Below are positions 8,513 to 16,198 of a DNA stretch of 64,000 bases, one piece after another (the stretch's first letter is position 1; each line of letters starts with the position of its first letter). Under the pieces are notes generated by a model, which searched no databases, was not told the origin of the DNA, and saw only the letters and a list, made by a program, of their open reading frames with translations. Source of the DNA: Bacteroidota bacterium (GTDB lineage Bacteria > Bacteroidota > Bacteroidia > Bacteroidales > FEN-979); contig JBDROF010000043.1 of NCBI GenBank assembly GCA_043810345.1, forward strand, positions 1,112 to 65,111, given 5' to 3'. Made by a program: the position numbers and the translations under genes.

Positions 8513-9511
8513 TCACAAAATCCTTCCTTTTAACTCATTGATTTTGGTAGTAAGGATGTGAAAAAACCGCTGCCGCTCTTTTTCAGAAGTGCTGCTGATC
8601 AGGGTCGATTTCTTGATGAGGTTAATCAGGGAGGATTCAATCTGATGGCAAAATTGGGGATTCTCCGTCACCAACAGATTGATGACGTTGTAAGTCAGGA
8701 AGGTCTTTAGCTGACCATCTTTCGACACGAAGATGGTATTATCTCCCAGCAGGACTTCATTGCAGTACAACCGGTAATTCCCTTCAACTCCTTCAGGCGT
8801 TTCACCATATAAGTACCGGAACCCGGCTGCGGCTTGTTGCTCCAGGTGATTGACCATGACCTCAACCTTGTCCAGTACCATCAGGGCATCTGTCTTGTCT
8901 GAAAAGTAGCCGCATACACAGCAGAATTCAATCTGCCGGATCAGGCTGTTGAAGGTCTCTTCATTCCATAGCTCAACGGTAGGGATCCTGTTGTAAGTTA
9001 ATAAAATAGTTCTGACCAGCTCCATGATCTGGTCGGGGACATCAACCGTGAACTTTTTCTGCTCATACCCGGGTGTGGTAAAAAGGACCTTGTTCCAGAA
9101 GAAAGTCTTGAAAGCGAAGAGTTCAGGGAACTCAAAAAAATGAAAGATGGGTATGTCTTTCGCTGAGTAAAAGACCTCCTTTTGTTTGCATGCATGGGCA
9201 TACTTTATCTCGGAAAGGATGTTCTGCAGCCACTGCAGAAAGCTGAGCCCCTGTTCGCCGATAGCCATGGAATTGAACACAATCTGGTGGCTGTCGATAC
9301 AGAACAAAGTATCCAGCGAGACCTGGTAATGGGAACAGAGAACCTGTAATTCCGAGATTGTTAATTCCTTCTCTCCCCGGATTCGCCGGTAAGCGCTGTC
9401 GTAACTGATCTCCAGTAAATCGGAGATGTCATGCACGAAGGAAACATGGTTCGGGATACGTTCTTTAATTGACTGAAAAAGAACCTGCTGGATAGAAATT
9501 TCCGGTTCCAT
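8513..9511 (-). CDS. helix-turn-helix transcriptional regulator (N-terminal XRE/BetR-like HTH, ~270-aa uncharacterised C-terminal domain)
   Basis: ATG at 9511 (MEPEISIQQ). The segment FVHDISDLLEISYDSAYRRIRGEKELTISELQVLCSHYQVSLDTLF is HTH-like. The 12-codon upstream extension in the ORF track is probably spurious. Confidence 0.55.
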   Translation of the reverse strand: MEPEISIQQVLFQSIKERIPNHVSFVHDISDLLEISYDSAYRRIRGEKELTISELQVLCSHYQVSLDTLFCIDSHQIVFNSMAIGEQGLSFLQWLQNILSEIKYAHACKQKEVFYSAKDIPIFHFFEFPELFAFKTFFWNKVLFTTPGYEQKKFTVDVPDQIMELVRTILLTYNRIPTVELWNEETFNSLIRQIEFCCVCGYFSDKTDALMVLDKVEVMVNHLEQQAAAGFRYLYGETPEGVEGNYRLYCNEVLLGDNTIFVSKDGQLKTFLTYNVINLLVTENPQFCHQIESSLINLIKKSTLISSTSEKERQRFFHILTTKINELKGRIL

Positions 9512-9528
9512 CCTGCAATTTACAACGA

Positions 9529-9622
9529 AAATTTGCAAAACATACAAACGGCGTCAATTTATTTTGCAAAAATGCAAATTCAGAGAGTTTTTACATGGTA
9601 TAATTGCATTATTTGCAAATAA
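9529..9622. promoter_or_regulatory. cluster of ATTTGCAAA(T) palindromic motifs (candidate operator sites)
   Basis: aaaatttgcaaaac (9529-), ttattttgcaaaaatgcaaatt (9559-9580), taattgcatt (9601-9610), and a perfect 14-bp palindrome ttatttgcaaataa (9609-9622). Confidence 0.35.
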
Positions 9623-9629
9623 ATCTCTA

Positions 9630-10814
9630 TTAATCCCTGATGCACCTTACCGAAAGGCCGGAAGTATTACCTGAAACGGAAAATAGTACATGGATGTTCT
9701 GGTTGTTCAGGTAAAGACTGTGAACATAAGCGCTATCCTGAGGTGTTGATGTCCACCATTGACATATTTCACCCTGAGCATTAAAGGATCCCGAATAATC
9801 ACGGTATCCACCCGGCAGAGCAAAGATGCTCCCAGGATTAACTCCCTTATTGGGTTCGTGCCAATTAACTGTCCCGGCCTCCTTCAATTTGCTTCCTGCC
9901 TGGGTTGCACCTCCCATGCAATTTACCAGCGACAACCATTCGCTTTGTGACGGAACGTGCCAACCCACCGGACAAAGATGATGGCTATCCCGAATAGCGA
10001 AACCATTATACAACCTGCCATAAATCCGGCTGAAAGCAGTGTCATTCTGGTAATCGCTATAAGCGCTGCTGTTGAGGTTGCTCCATTCGGCATCATCGGT
10101 TACCCTTGGAATAATATCTCCGTTTCGGTACCGGGTTACTTGTAAATTCTCAGCCATCCACACCTGTCCCCCAAGAGCAAGGGTATGATACACATTCCCG
10201 TCAATATCAAAAACCGAATCCTGTAGAATCGAAAACGAACTTCCCATGAAAATTCTCAGGGAAGGATCAGGGTTCAAAGCGTATTGTTCCAGCTTTGTTT
10301 TATTCCTTTCATATTCTTTCTGGCTTCCTTTAATGGGAATTTTGGTTTTTGCACTGAAAATCGCTCCGACCCCCAGGCCTATACCTGTTGAAACCATAAT
10401 CGGAATGACCGGGAGCAAGAAACCACCAAACAGAAACCTTACAGGATGAATATTTTCCGCAAGATTTTTCGAATAAACAGCACTCACAACACCTCCAACA
10501 ACAAGTCCCGACACCCCACCAACCAGCAATGCAAACCCCTTCCCCTGCCTTCGTACTTTTATAACATCTATGTTCTTGATGTCAAATTCTGAAACATCAT
10601 AATCACCGGTGTAATAATCATTTTTCCACGGCGAATCTGATACCATGACCGATGAGTCCTTCACTTCAAATAAGATACCTGACATTCCTCTCAACCCCGG
10701 TTTCGGGATGATCCAGGTGTGGTAAAATTTATTGAGGGCGACCGAATCGGTTTGTGCCTGTGATGTCTGAATGACGCACAGGATAAAAATTGGGACTAAA
10801 ACAAATGTTTTCAT
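9630..10814 (-). CDS. membrane-anchored FISUMP (Fibrobacter succinogenes major paralogous) domain protein
   Basis: Signal peptide, Gly-rich TM segments, then DIDGNVYHTLALGGQVWMAENL...CPVGWHVPSQSEW...LPGGYR...WWTST...GLSVRCIRD, which is the TIGR02145-type domain. Confidence 0.8.
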   Translation of the reverse strand: MKTFVLVPIFILCVIQTSQAQTDSVALNKFYHTWIIPKPGLRGMSGILFEVKDSSVMVSDSPWKNDYYTGDYDVSEFDIKNIDVIKVRRQGKGFALLVGGVSGLVVGGVVSAVYSKNLAENIHPVRFLFGGFLLPVIPIMVSTGIGLGVGAIFSAKTKIPIKGSQKEYERNKTKLEQYALNPDPSLRIFMGSSFSILQDSVFDIDGNVYHTLALGGQVWMAENLQVTRYRNGDIIPRVTDDAEWSNLNSSAYSDYQNDTAFSRIYGRLYNGFAIRDSHHLCPVGWHVPSQSEWLSLVNCMGGATQAGSKLKEAGTVNWHEPNKGVNPGSIFALPGGYRDYSGSFNAQGEICQWWTSTPQDSAYVHSLYLNNQNIHVLFSVSGNTSGLSVRCIRD

Positions 10815-10842
10815 GAACGGATTATTTTTGGATTTTTCAAAT

Positions 10843-10850
10843 CAAAAGTA
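10843..10850 (-). promoter_or_regulatory. candidate -7 box TActTTTG for the FISUMP gene
   Basis: The reverse complement of caaaagta matches TAnnTTTG, about 29 nt upstream of the start at 10814. Confidence 0.3.
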
Positions 10851-10898
10851 ATACAGGAAAAAGGGCATTCAAAACTGATTTTCACGAAGGGAGATCTT

Positions 10899-10990
10899 CA
10901 ATTTGCAGAAAATATAAAATCAGGAGCCGGACGGGAAAGAATTAGTAAAATTTGCAAAATCCGCTATGAATGTTGAGATTATTTGCATAG
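10899..10990. promoter_or_regulatory. second cluster of ATTTGCA(A/N) motifs
   Basis: caatttgcagaaa (10899-), aaaatttgcaaaat (10946-10960) and ttatttgcatag (10979-10990), upstream of the FISUMP gene. Confidence 0.3.
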
Positions 10991-11026
10991 AATAAGAAAA
11001 ATAACCCGACACATTCGCAGGAACCT

Positions 11027-11074
11027 CACCACTGCACCACTGCACCACTGCACCACTGCACCACTGCACCACGG
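11027..11074. repeat. tandem octamer CACCACTG x6
   Basis: Five perfect units plus caccacgg. Ends 1 nt from the stop codon (11076-11078) of the DUF5686 gene. Confidence 0.95.
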
Positions 11075-11075
11075 G

Positions 11076-13580
11076 TCAAAACGGAAAGACCACACTCACC
11101 TTGTACGCAAAATTATCCCCGACCTTATCAAATGAGTAAGGCCCCCAGCGGTAAAAAGCGCCGACCCCGATGGTATACACCCGTAGGTTTACCAGGTTGT
11201 TGATCAACAGGCCGGTTTCGTAATAACCAAGGTTCATCTCGCGTAGGTTATCTGTGGAGTAGCTGTACCGGTCCTTATGCTCCAGCCAGCCAAAGCCGAT
11301 GTTCTGGGAGATGGCAGGTTCGGGATGGAACCACTTCTTTCCCTTGAAGAGAAGGTATTTGAAATCGTGATAGAGATAAAGCGCTACATAGGCGTTGGAG
11401 AGGAATTCAGTGGACCGCATGGTGGCAAAGGTGTTTGGTGCGAACAGGGTGATCAGTCGGTAGGTACCGTTGCCATTGTAAAGGTTACAGGCCGGGATCG
11501 GCTGGTCGACATAGCCTGCATTGACCTGCATGGTAAAATCACCCAGGTACTTCAACTTGAAGGTTTTCCTGACCTTCAGATCCACGCGGTTATAATTGTA
11601 TTCCCCGCCAAGTAACCCCCGGATCCCCCGGGTATAATTGAGCCATATGATCGGGTATTTAGTGCCGAGCGAGAGTTTGGTCTCCACGGTTTGCAGGAAT
11701 TTCTCCTTGTAAGCCCATTTGAATCCGGCCGAAACCTCCGTGAAGACAAACTCATTCTCCAGCAGGGTGGCAGTGCCCTCATACGTGGCCAGATCATAGG
11801 TCGTGCTCTTTTTGAACTGGCGGGAGAGGCTTACCTCCCATAACAGGTACTTCAGGGTGCGGAAAGTGATCCCGGCGCTGACCGACTGGGTCCGGTCCAG
11901 TTTGGTGATGAGAAGCGTAGACCAGTTGCCTGTCAGGGTAGGGCGTGTATCATCAAAGAACCTCACCCCCCCCGATTCGATCAGGTCATAGAAGTAAGCG
12001 GCATGGATATTCACGTCGTTTCGCCGGTTGATCAGGAAGTTCACATCGGCTCCGTACTTGCTGGTGGAGATGGCGAAGGAGTACTGATAAAAACCACCTA
12101 TCTTGAACCATCTCGATAACCGGTCGCTAGTATGGATCCCTAGTCCCAGCATCAACCCTTCATACCGGTTATACCCAAGGATCTTATCCAGATCGAAATC
12201 AACCGGTCCCCAGGGGATCCGTCCCGACATGAGGGTCTGGAACGACTTGGCCAGCTTATCAAGGTTATGCTCCTCTCCAATACTATCCAGCGTGTGGTAA
12301 GTTCTCCGGTCCCGGTTAGAAAGAGTATCTACCCGGTATAAATTCCAGTACTCCTCATTCCGTTTGGTCGCATCCTTGTCCACCTCGATGTCGAGATGAT
12401 TGAACTCACGGCGGATGAGTTCTGGATTCAGCACGATATCCCGGATATAACTCCGGCCGCTGCCGATCGCCTTGTACTTCCCAATCTGGAGATTGGTAAA
12501 GACGACATCCGTATTTAACTGTACCGGGAACCAGTGTTCCCCGTCTACCAGTTTATACATCTGCTGAATCCTGATCTGGAGTCCTTCCTTACCTGCCGGT
12601 TCGGCAATCACATTCTGGATCCCCCACTTGTGTGAGTTGATCGAGAGGGTCCCTTTCAGTCCGTCGAAGTTGGTTCCTTTCCTGGGGCGGAAGGAGATGA
12701 TAAATACGGTATCCCGCTCCGTGTAGGTGGTATCCTCGATCTTGAAGAAATACTTGCCCAGGCTTCCCCCGCTGATTGGGTTTACATAACTACTTTGAAA
12801 TATCGTTATGAATGGCTTGTAGAAGGAGAAAGACTGGATCTGGGTGGTGAGGAAGACAAAGATCGGATCCTTGAAACCCGACATTTTCGTGGCTACCACG
12901 TCGTTATAACTCCTGTCGGGATAGAGGAATTTCCGTTTGGTCACATTCTCCATCAGGAACAGATACTGCTGGCTGATCAGTTTCTCGATTCCAGTCATCA
13001 GTGAATCCATCACGGCACTATCCTGCATCAGGCTATCCTGGGCCTCATCAAACCGGAATTCCAACCCTGCAAATGCTGTAGACCGGGTTGAATCGGTAAA
13101 ACGGCTCCCCACACTGGTGTCGGCATCAATGGTGAAGATGGTCTTCTCGTACATGGTGTAGGAGAATGATTTCAGCTTTTCCGGGTCGTTGAGATCCCGG
13201 TTATCCACGGCGTTTTTGATGATCCGGTGAGCCGGGTTGATCCCCGGGAGGATCTCCACCTCCTGGAGTTCAATCTCTTTACGTTCCAGATAGATGATCA
13301 GATTTTGCGTTTTCTGACCAACGGGACAAAGCAGTTGATCGTACCCGACATAAGAAAATTTCAGGCTGCGGATGGGTTGCGAATAACTGAACCTGAACTT
13401 GCCATCAATGTCAGAGGTCCCGCCATAATTGCTTTGATTGATGACGATATTGACAAACGCCAGCGGTTCTTTTGTTTTTGAGTCAAACACCCTGCCGGAA
13501 ACGACAAAGGTATCCTGTGAAAAAAGCCCCAATGGGAATACAAACAAGAGAAGGTAAAATAAACAGAACCGAACACACAT
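11076..13580 (-). CDS. DUF5686 / carboxypeptidase-regulatory-like domain outer-membrane protein
   Basis: Signal peptide MCVRFCLFYLLLFVFPLGLFSQ, then the CarboxypepD_reg-like block VSGRVFDSKTKEPLAFVNIV...GGTSDIDGKFRF. It is a large beta-rich body ending in ...VVFPF. The alternative start at 13607 lies inside the repeat. Confidence 0.7.
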   Translation of the reverse strand: MCVRFCLFYLLLFVFPLGLFSQDTFVVSGRVFDSKTKEPLAFVNIVINQSNYGGTSDIDGKFRFSYSQPIRSLKFSYVGYDQLLCPVGQKTQNLIIYLERKEIELQEVEILPGINPAHRIIKNAVDNRDLNDPEKLKSFSYTMYEKTIFTIDADTSVGSRFTDSTRSTAFAGLEFRFDEAQDSLMQDSAVMDSLMTGIEKLISQQYLFLMENVTKRKFLYPDRSYNDVVATKMSGFKDPIFVFLTTQIQSFSFYKPFITIFQSSYVNPISGGSLGKYFFKIEDTTYTERDTVFIISFRPRKGTNFDGLKGTLSINSHKWGIQNVIAEPAGKEGLQIRIQQMYKLVDGEHWFPVQLNTDVVFTNLQIGKYKAIGSGRSYIRDIVLNPELIRREFNHLDIEVDKDATKRNEEYWNLYRVDTLSNRDRRTYHTLDSIGEEHNLDKLAKSFQTLMSGRIPWGPVDFDLDKILGYNRYEGLMLGLGIHTSDRLSRWFKIGGFYQYSFAISTSKYGADVNFLINRRNDVNIHAAYFYDLIESGGVRFFDDTRPTLTGNWSTLLITKLDRTQSVSAGITFRTLKYLLWEVSLSRQFKKSTTYDLATYEGTATLLENEFVFTEVSAGFKWAYKEKFLQTVETKLSLGTKYPIIWLNYTRGIRGLLGGEYNYNRVDLKVRKTFKLKYLGDFTMQVNAGYVDQPIPACNLYNGNGTYRLITLFAPNTFATMRSTEFLSNAYVALYLYHDFKYLLFKGKKWFHPEPAISQNIGFGWLEHKDRYSYSTDNLREMNLGYYETGLLINNLVNLRVYTIGVGAFYRWGPYSFDKVGDNFAYKVSVVFPF

Positions 13581-13602
13581 AACCTGGAATTTGTCAAATT
13601 TA

Positions 13603-13668
13603 CACATTTCACCATTTCACTATTTCGCTATTTCACTATTTCGCTATTTCGCTATTTCACTATTTTAT
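13603..13668. repeat. tandem octamer (A/G)CTATTTC x8
   Basis: cacatttc accatttc actatttc gctatttc actatttc gctatttc gctatttc actatttt, in the divergent spacer between 13580 (-) and 13708 (+). Confidence 0.95.
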
Positions 13669-13707
13669 CTATTCAATCCTTACCTTTGCAAAAACTCCCC
13701 GCCCCCC

Positions 13708-14862
13708 ATGCCCACCCCCTTCCCCGTTATCGCAAAAACCCTCTCCGGACTCGAAGAATCTCTGGCCTCTGAACTGCAGGAAATGGGCATCCGGGCCGAA
13801 TTGCTTCACCGGGCAGTCAGGTTTGAAAGCGATAATGAAATCCTCTATAAGATAAATTACTGCTCCCGTCTTGCGCTCCGCTTCCTGAAATTTATCACCT
13901 CGTTTGAAGTAACAAAACAGCAGGATCTCTACGACCAGATCCATGCCATCCCTTGGGAGGAGTTCATCACCGAATATCACACCTTCGCCATCGATGCCGT
14001 GATCAGTCAATCTGCCTTTACCAACACCCTCTTTGTTGCCCAGAAAGCAAAAGATGCCATAGCCGACCGGTTCAGGTTACTGTATGGGAAACGTCCCTCG
14101 GTGGACCTTGACCATCCCGATCTGCGCATCAACATCCACCTGTACAAAGAACAGTGTACGGTATCCCTGGATAGCTCGGGTCCCTCTTTGCATAAACGAG
14201 GGTACCGGAAACGGACCTGGGAAGCGCCTATCAGTGAGGTGTTGGCGGCAGGACTGATCCGCTTGTCCGGATGGAATCAGCAAATCCCGATGTATGATCC
14301 GATGTGCGGTTCGGGAACCATTCCGATGGAAGCTGCCATGCTGGCTTCAGAAACCCCGGCAGGATTTTTCCGCCAGGAATTTGGATTCATGAAGTGGCGC
14401 GACTTTGATGCAACCCTCTGGGAACGTGTCAAAGCGGAAGCCAACGCACATATCCGGCCGGTGACAGTCCCTATCCGTGGCTCCGACAAAGCCCGTCAGG
14501 CGATCCATGCAGCCAAGATAAATACGCAGAAAACACATCTTGGATCCGCAGTCCGGTTTACCGCTTCCAATTTTCACGCCACCAAACCCCCGTTCGAATC
14601 GGGACTGATGCTGATGAATCCTCCCTATGACGAACGGATCCAGCTCGACGATGCAATTGCATTCTACCGTAGCCTGGGCGACTCCCTGAAACACCTCTAT
14701 CCCGGATGGCAGGTCTGGATCATCTCCTCCGACCTGAAGGCACTGAAGTTTTTCGGTCTGAAACACTCCTGCAAAATTCCCCTCTTCAACGGACCCCTTG
14801 AATGCCGGTTCGTGAAGTTCGATTTATACGAAGGGACGAAGGATGAAGAACGTAAGACGTAA
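13708..14862 (+). CDS. THUMP-domain class I SAM-dependent RNA methyltransferase (RlmL/UPF0020-like)
   Basis: ATG at 13708 (MPTPFPVIAKTLSGLE). Carries MCGSGTIPMEAAM and the NPPY motif LMNPPYDERI. The 39 codons upstream in the ORF track are a translated repeat. Confidence 0.8.
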   Translation: MPTPFPVIAKTLSGLEESLASELQEMGIRAELLHRAVRFESDNEILYKINYCSRLALRFLKFITSFEVTKQQDLYDQIHAIPWEEFITEYHTFAIDAVISQSAFTNTLFVAQKAKDAIADRFRLLYGKRPSVDLDHPDLRINIHLYKEQCTVSLDSSGPSLHKRGYRKRTWEAPISEVLAAGLIRLSGWNQQIPMYDPMCGSGTIPMEAAMLASETPAGFFRQEFGFMKWRDFDATLWERVKAEANAHIRPVTVPIRGSDKARQAIHAAKINTQKTHLGSAVRFTASNFHATKPPFESGLMLMNPPYDERIQLDDAIAFYRSLGDSLKHLYPGWQVWIISSDLKALKFFGLKHSCKIPLFNGPLECRFVKFDLYEGTKDEERKT

Positions 14863-14890
14863 GACGTAAGACGTAAGACGTGAGACGTAC
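14851..14890. repeat. tandem heptamer CGTAAGA x5.7
   Basis: cgtaaga x4, cgtgaga, cgtac. The methyltransferase stop codon TAA (14860-14862) lies inside unit 2. Confidence 0.95.
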
Positions 14891-14913
14891 AATATCCTAG
14901 TTATATCTCTGAT

Positions 14914-15057
14914 TGGCAATGCTGGCAATGGTGGCAATGATGGCAATGATGGCAATGATGGCAATGCTGGCAATGATGGCAATGGTGGCAATGATGGCAA
15001 TGGTGGCAATGATGACAATGATGGCAATGCTGGCAATGGTGGCAATGATGGCAATAA
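14914..15057. repeat. tandem nonamer TGGCAATGN x16
   Basis: 16 head-to-tail units that vary almost only at position 9 (order c g a a a c a g a g a a c g a a). One unit carries G3->A and the last is tggcaataa. Confidence 0.97.
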
Positions 15058-15062
15058 ATCAA

Positions 15063-15070
15063 TACCTTTG
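15063..15070 (+). promoter_or_regulatory. candidate -7 box TAccTTTG for pfkA
   Basis: Matches TAnnTTTG. Lies 6 nt after the nonamer array and 22 nt before the ATG at 15092. Confidence 0.35.
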
Positions 15071-15091
15071 ATGTATTAAACTTTTGCTTTT

Positions 15092-16072
15092 ATGAAACGA
15101 ATCGAAAACATCGGAGTTTTCACCTCAGGTGGAGATTCCCCGGGCATGAATGCAGCCATCAGAGCTGTAGTCCGGACCGGCATCTGGGAAGGTTATGACA
15201 TGTTTGGGATCTACCGGGGGTATGAAGGATTGATCGACGATCAGATTGAACCCCTTTACAGCCATTCGGTCTCCAATATCATACAGCGGGGTGGAACCAT
15301 CCTGAAAACATCCCGGAGCAAGCGTTTTATGACTCTCGAAGGGAGGGCGAAAGCTTATGAGAACCTTATGAAGCACAACATCAATGCACTGGTGGCTATA
15401 GGGGGAAACGGGACCTTTACCGGGGCTGCCGAGTTTACGAAAGAGTTTGATATTCCGGTGATCGGACTACCGGGAACCATCGATAACGACCTCTATGGCA
15501 CCGACTATACCATCGGTTTCGATACCGCCATCAACACCGTGGTCGAGGCTACCGACAAGATCCGCGATACCGCAACTGCCCACGACCGCCTGTTCTTCAT
15601 CCAGGTGATGGGCAGGGATTCCGGGTACATCGCTCTCTGGAGCGGCGTGGCTTGCGGGGCTGAATTCATCCTGGTACCCGAAACCAAGACCTACATCGAT
15701 AACCTGACCCGGCTGGTGAAACACGATATCAGGAAAAACAAAACCTCCGGGATCGTGATCGTAGCAGAGGGAGATGATGCCGGAGATGCCGAAGCAATCG
15801 CAGCCAGGGTAAAGGAACAGCTTCCTGACCTGCAGACACGGGTCACCATCCTGGGGCATATCCAGCGGGGAGGTTCTCCCTCCGCCTGGGACCGGATGCT
15901 GGCCAGCATGCTGGGATATGCTTCCATCACAGCGCTGAAGGAGGGTCAGCAGGGGGTCATGGTCGGACTGATCAACAAGCAGATCGTCTATACCCCCTTT
16001 GAAGAGGCTATTAAAAGCAGAAAAGGAATGATCCTCGATCTGCTGGAGATGTCGCGGGTACTGGCTTTGTAG
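15092..16072 (+). CDS. pfkA: ATP-dependent 6-phosphofructokinase
   Basis: 326 aa with GVFTSGGDSPGMNAAIR, GGNGT, PGTIDND and MGR motifs. Confidence 0.93.
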   Translation: MKRIENIGVFTSGGDSPGMNAAIRAVVRTGIWEGYDMFGIYRGYEGLIDDQIEPLYSHSVSNIIQRGGTILKTSRSKRFMTLEGRAKAYENLMKHNINALVAIGGNGTFTGAAEFTKEFDIPVIGLPGTIDNDLYGTDYTIGFDTAINTVVEATDKIRDTATAHDRLFFIQVMGRDSGYIALWSGVACGAEFILVPETKTYIDNLTRLVKHDIRKNKTSGIVIVAEGDDAGDAEAIAARVKEQLPDLQTRVTILGHIQRGGSPSAWDRMLASMLGYASITALKEGQQGVMVGLINKQIVYTPFEEAIKSRKGMILDLLEMSRVLAL

Positions 16073-16075
16073 AAA

Positions 16076-16107
16076 TAGTGAGGTAGTGAGGTAGCGAGGA
16101 AGCGAAA
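16076..16107. repeat. tandem octamer TAGTGAGG/TAGCGAGG x4 (reverse complement of the CTACCTCG family)
   Basis: tagtgagg tagtgagg tagcgagg aagcgaaa. Starts 4 nt after the pfkA stop. Confidence 0.9.
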
Positions 16108-16118
16108 CGGCAAGAAAT

Positions 16119-16170
16119 TGCAATTCATGTGCAATATATGGCAATCCATGGCAATTCATGTGCAATTAAT
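16119..16170. repeat. imperfect 10-11-nt tandem repeat with GCAAT core x5
   Basis: tgcaattcatg tgcaatatatg gcaatccatg gcaattcatg tgcaattaat. The core is related to the TGGCAATG nonamer. Confidence 0.8.
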
Positions 16171-16198
16171 TCGTAATTCTTAAATCGTAATTCGTAAT
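16171..16198. repeat. tandem heptamer TCGTAAT x4
   Basis: tcgtaat tcttaaa tcgtaat tcgtaat. The last T is the first base of the priA TTG start codon. Confidence 0.9.

Noticed and set aside
13591-13707. N-terminal extensions in the ORF track: methyltransferase 13591, sigma factor 45640, HK 43990, POT 45701, psd 51912, START 1762, lipoprotein 25278
   Set aside because: The extensions are repeat-encoded or AT-rich, lack homology to the family N-termini, and internal ATGs give canonical N-termini or signal peptides.
14824-15054. 76-aa minus-strand ORF encoding LPSLPPLPALPS repeats (looks like a proline-rich surface protein)
   Set aside because: It is simply the reverse translation of the TGGCAATGN nonamer array. 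It has no signal peptide and no non-repeat domain. It runs into the 3' end of the methyltransferase gene on the other strand.
16149-16164. Sigma-54-like promoter TGGCAAttcatGTGCA (GG-N10-GC spacing) upstream of priA
   Set aside because: It has two mismatches to TGGCAC-N5-TTGCA and arises from the GCAAT-core repeat itself. No enhancer-binding protein or sigma-54-dependent context is evident.
15467-16165. Long antisense ORFs inside well-supported genes, for example 15467-16165, 17890-18768, 20182-20940, 22050-22661, 24746-25387, 46772-47431, 54199-54945, 61520-62296
   Set aside because: These are shadow ORFs opposite strongly recognisable genes (pfkA, priA, ppk1, glyA, PA14 protein, DUF4252, ftsH, lpdA). 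Their compositions are atypical and no motifs are recognisable.
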